Part shown: positions 63,141 through 64,000 of the stretch, piece after piece
Numbering within the stretch: the first letter of the stretch is position 1
How the letters are laid out: each line of letters begins with the position of its first letter
Assembly (NCBI GenBank): GCA_002269645.1
Contig: NIVC01001767.1
Span: 87,976 to 151,975 of the forward strand
Direction of reading: 5' to 3'
DNA length: 64,000 nt
From: Macrostomum lignano
Lineage: Eukaryota
Notes under the pieces: model-generated
What the model saw: only the letters and a program-made list of their open reading frames with translations
What the model was told of the DNA's origin: nothing
Database searches by the model: none
Translations under genes and position numbers: made by a program

Positions 63141-63736
63141 AGGCAAGCAGTGTAGACACGATGCTTTAGAGACTTTTTTAGCCAGTAAGAGACAGCTAAA
63201 GGCTTTGAGACTACTTCGAGCCCTGTGGGAGCTGGGATCATGCCAGCCTAAATCTCTCAATAATCCTCCCAATGCTACTCTAGTTTTCGATCTCAGAATA
63301 TTTTTTAGCCAACACTGCCGTGTTCTCGGGCAGAGAGTGAGTGAGAGAGGGAGAGATAGAGAGAAAATCTGGGAAGCTGGAGTGTGAACTAATTCTTTTG
63401 AAGCCGGAAGGCACACAGCGGCCCTCCAGTCTCTTAAGCTTCATCAGTTGGAAAAATCTCGTATCACGAGCCTCGGTTTTCTTCAGAACAGAAATAAAAA
63501 ATTCTTGGCCGAAAGAGCCAAGAAAAGTTCGGGCTTATTTTGATTTTTTTGGAAAATTGCAGGAAATTATACGTGCTGGCAGGCGGATTTTTCGTTTAAT
63601 TTTTAAGACAACAAAGTGCTACTTGATGGAATAGCTAGCTGAAAATAGCTGGGAGAAAAATGAATTTTATTATTGATTTTGATCAATTGAGTGACTATTC
63701 CCTTTGGTTTAGATTGGTCTACATGAAATGTGCCAC

Positions 63737-64000
63737 TAGGATAGTGTGGGGCCAAATGTACATTAAGCAGTTAAACCGGCGGTAGGATAGTGTGGGGCTC
63801 AATGTACATTAAGCAGTTAAACCGGCGGTAGGATAGTGTGGGGCTCAATGTACATTAAGCAGTTAAACCGGCGGTAGGATAGTGTGGGGCTCAATGTACA
63901 TTAAGCAGTTAAACCGGCGGTAGGCTAGTGTGGGGTTCAATGTACATTAAGCAGTTAAACCGGCGGTAGGCTAGTGTGGGGCTCAATGTACATTAAGCAG
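63737..64000 (+). repeat. 46-bp minisatellite TAGGATAGTGTGGGGCTCAATGTACATTAAGCAGTTAAACCGGCGG, runs off the window
   Basis: About 5.7 copies. Confidence 0.95.

Overview
Eukaryotic, invertebrate-type genomic DNA. It has GC-rich exons, spliceosomal introns packed with minisatellites, and AT-rich spacers. The style resembles the flatworm Macrostomum lignano, but that is an inference and was not verified. Host genes reconstructed by hand: 3' part of an ARHGEF17-like RhoGEF (+, 866-18975); an orphan 4-exon gene with duplicated DEWAVY exons (-, 22551-25521); TNFAIP8-like (-); TMEM41B (-); RPAP3 (-); IFT70/TTC30 (+); a TEX36/HDNR-like gene (+); and the 5' part of an aminergic-type GPCR (+). Mobile elements: the 3' end of a Gypsy LTR element (1-550); a 5'-truncated LOA/R1-like LINE with intact APE-RT-RNaseH ORF2, inserted in a 33-bp minisatellite with a 10-bp TSD (1733-6681); a tRNA-derived SINE; and a near-complete two-ORF Penelope-like element (PLE, 53848-59095). 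The PLE is the most interesting object. Its separate ORF1 ends in a catalytically dead SGNH-like domain. ORF1 ends exactly on an A-AAA-AAC slippery heptamer plus a TGA and a GC-rich stem, which suggests translational recoding into the RT/GIY-YIG ORF. It also has a degenerate hammerhead-like motif and a fold-back 5' junction. It primed on a TC microsatellite and is flanked by a 500-670 bp host duplication. About 30 tandem arrays explain most long ORFs in the supplied track, which are artefacts. No CRISPR, rRNA or bona fide tRNA genes were seen.
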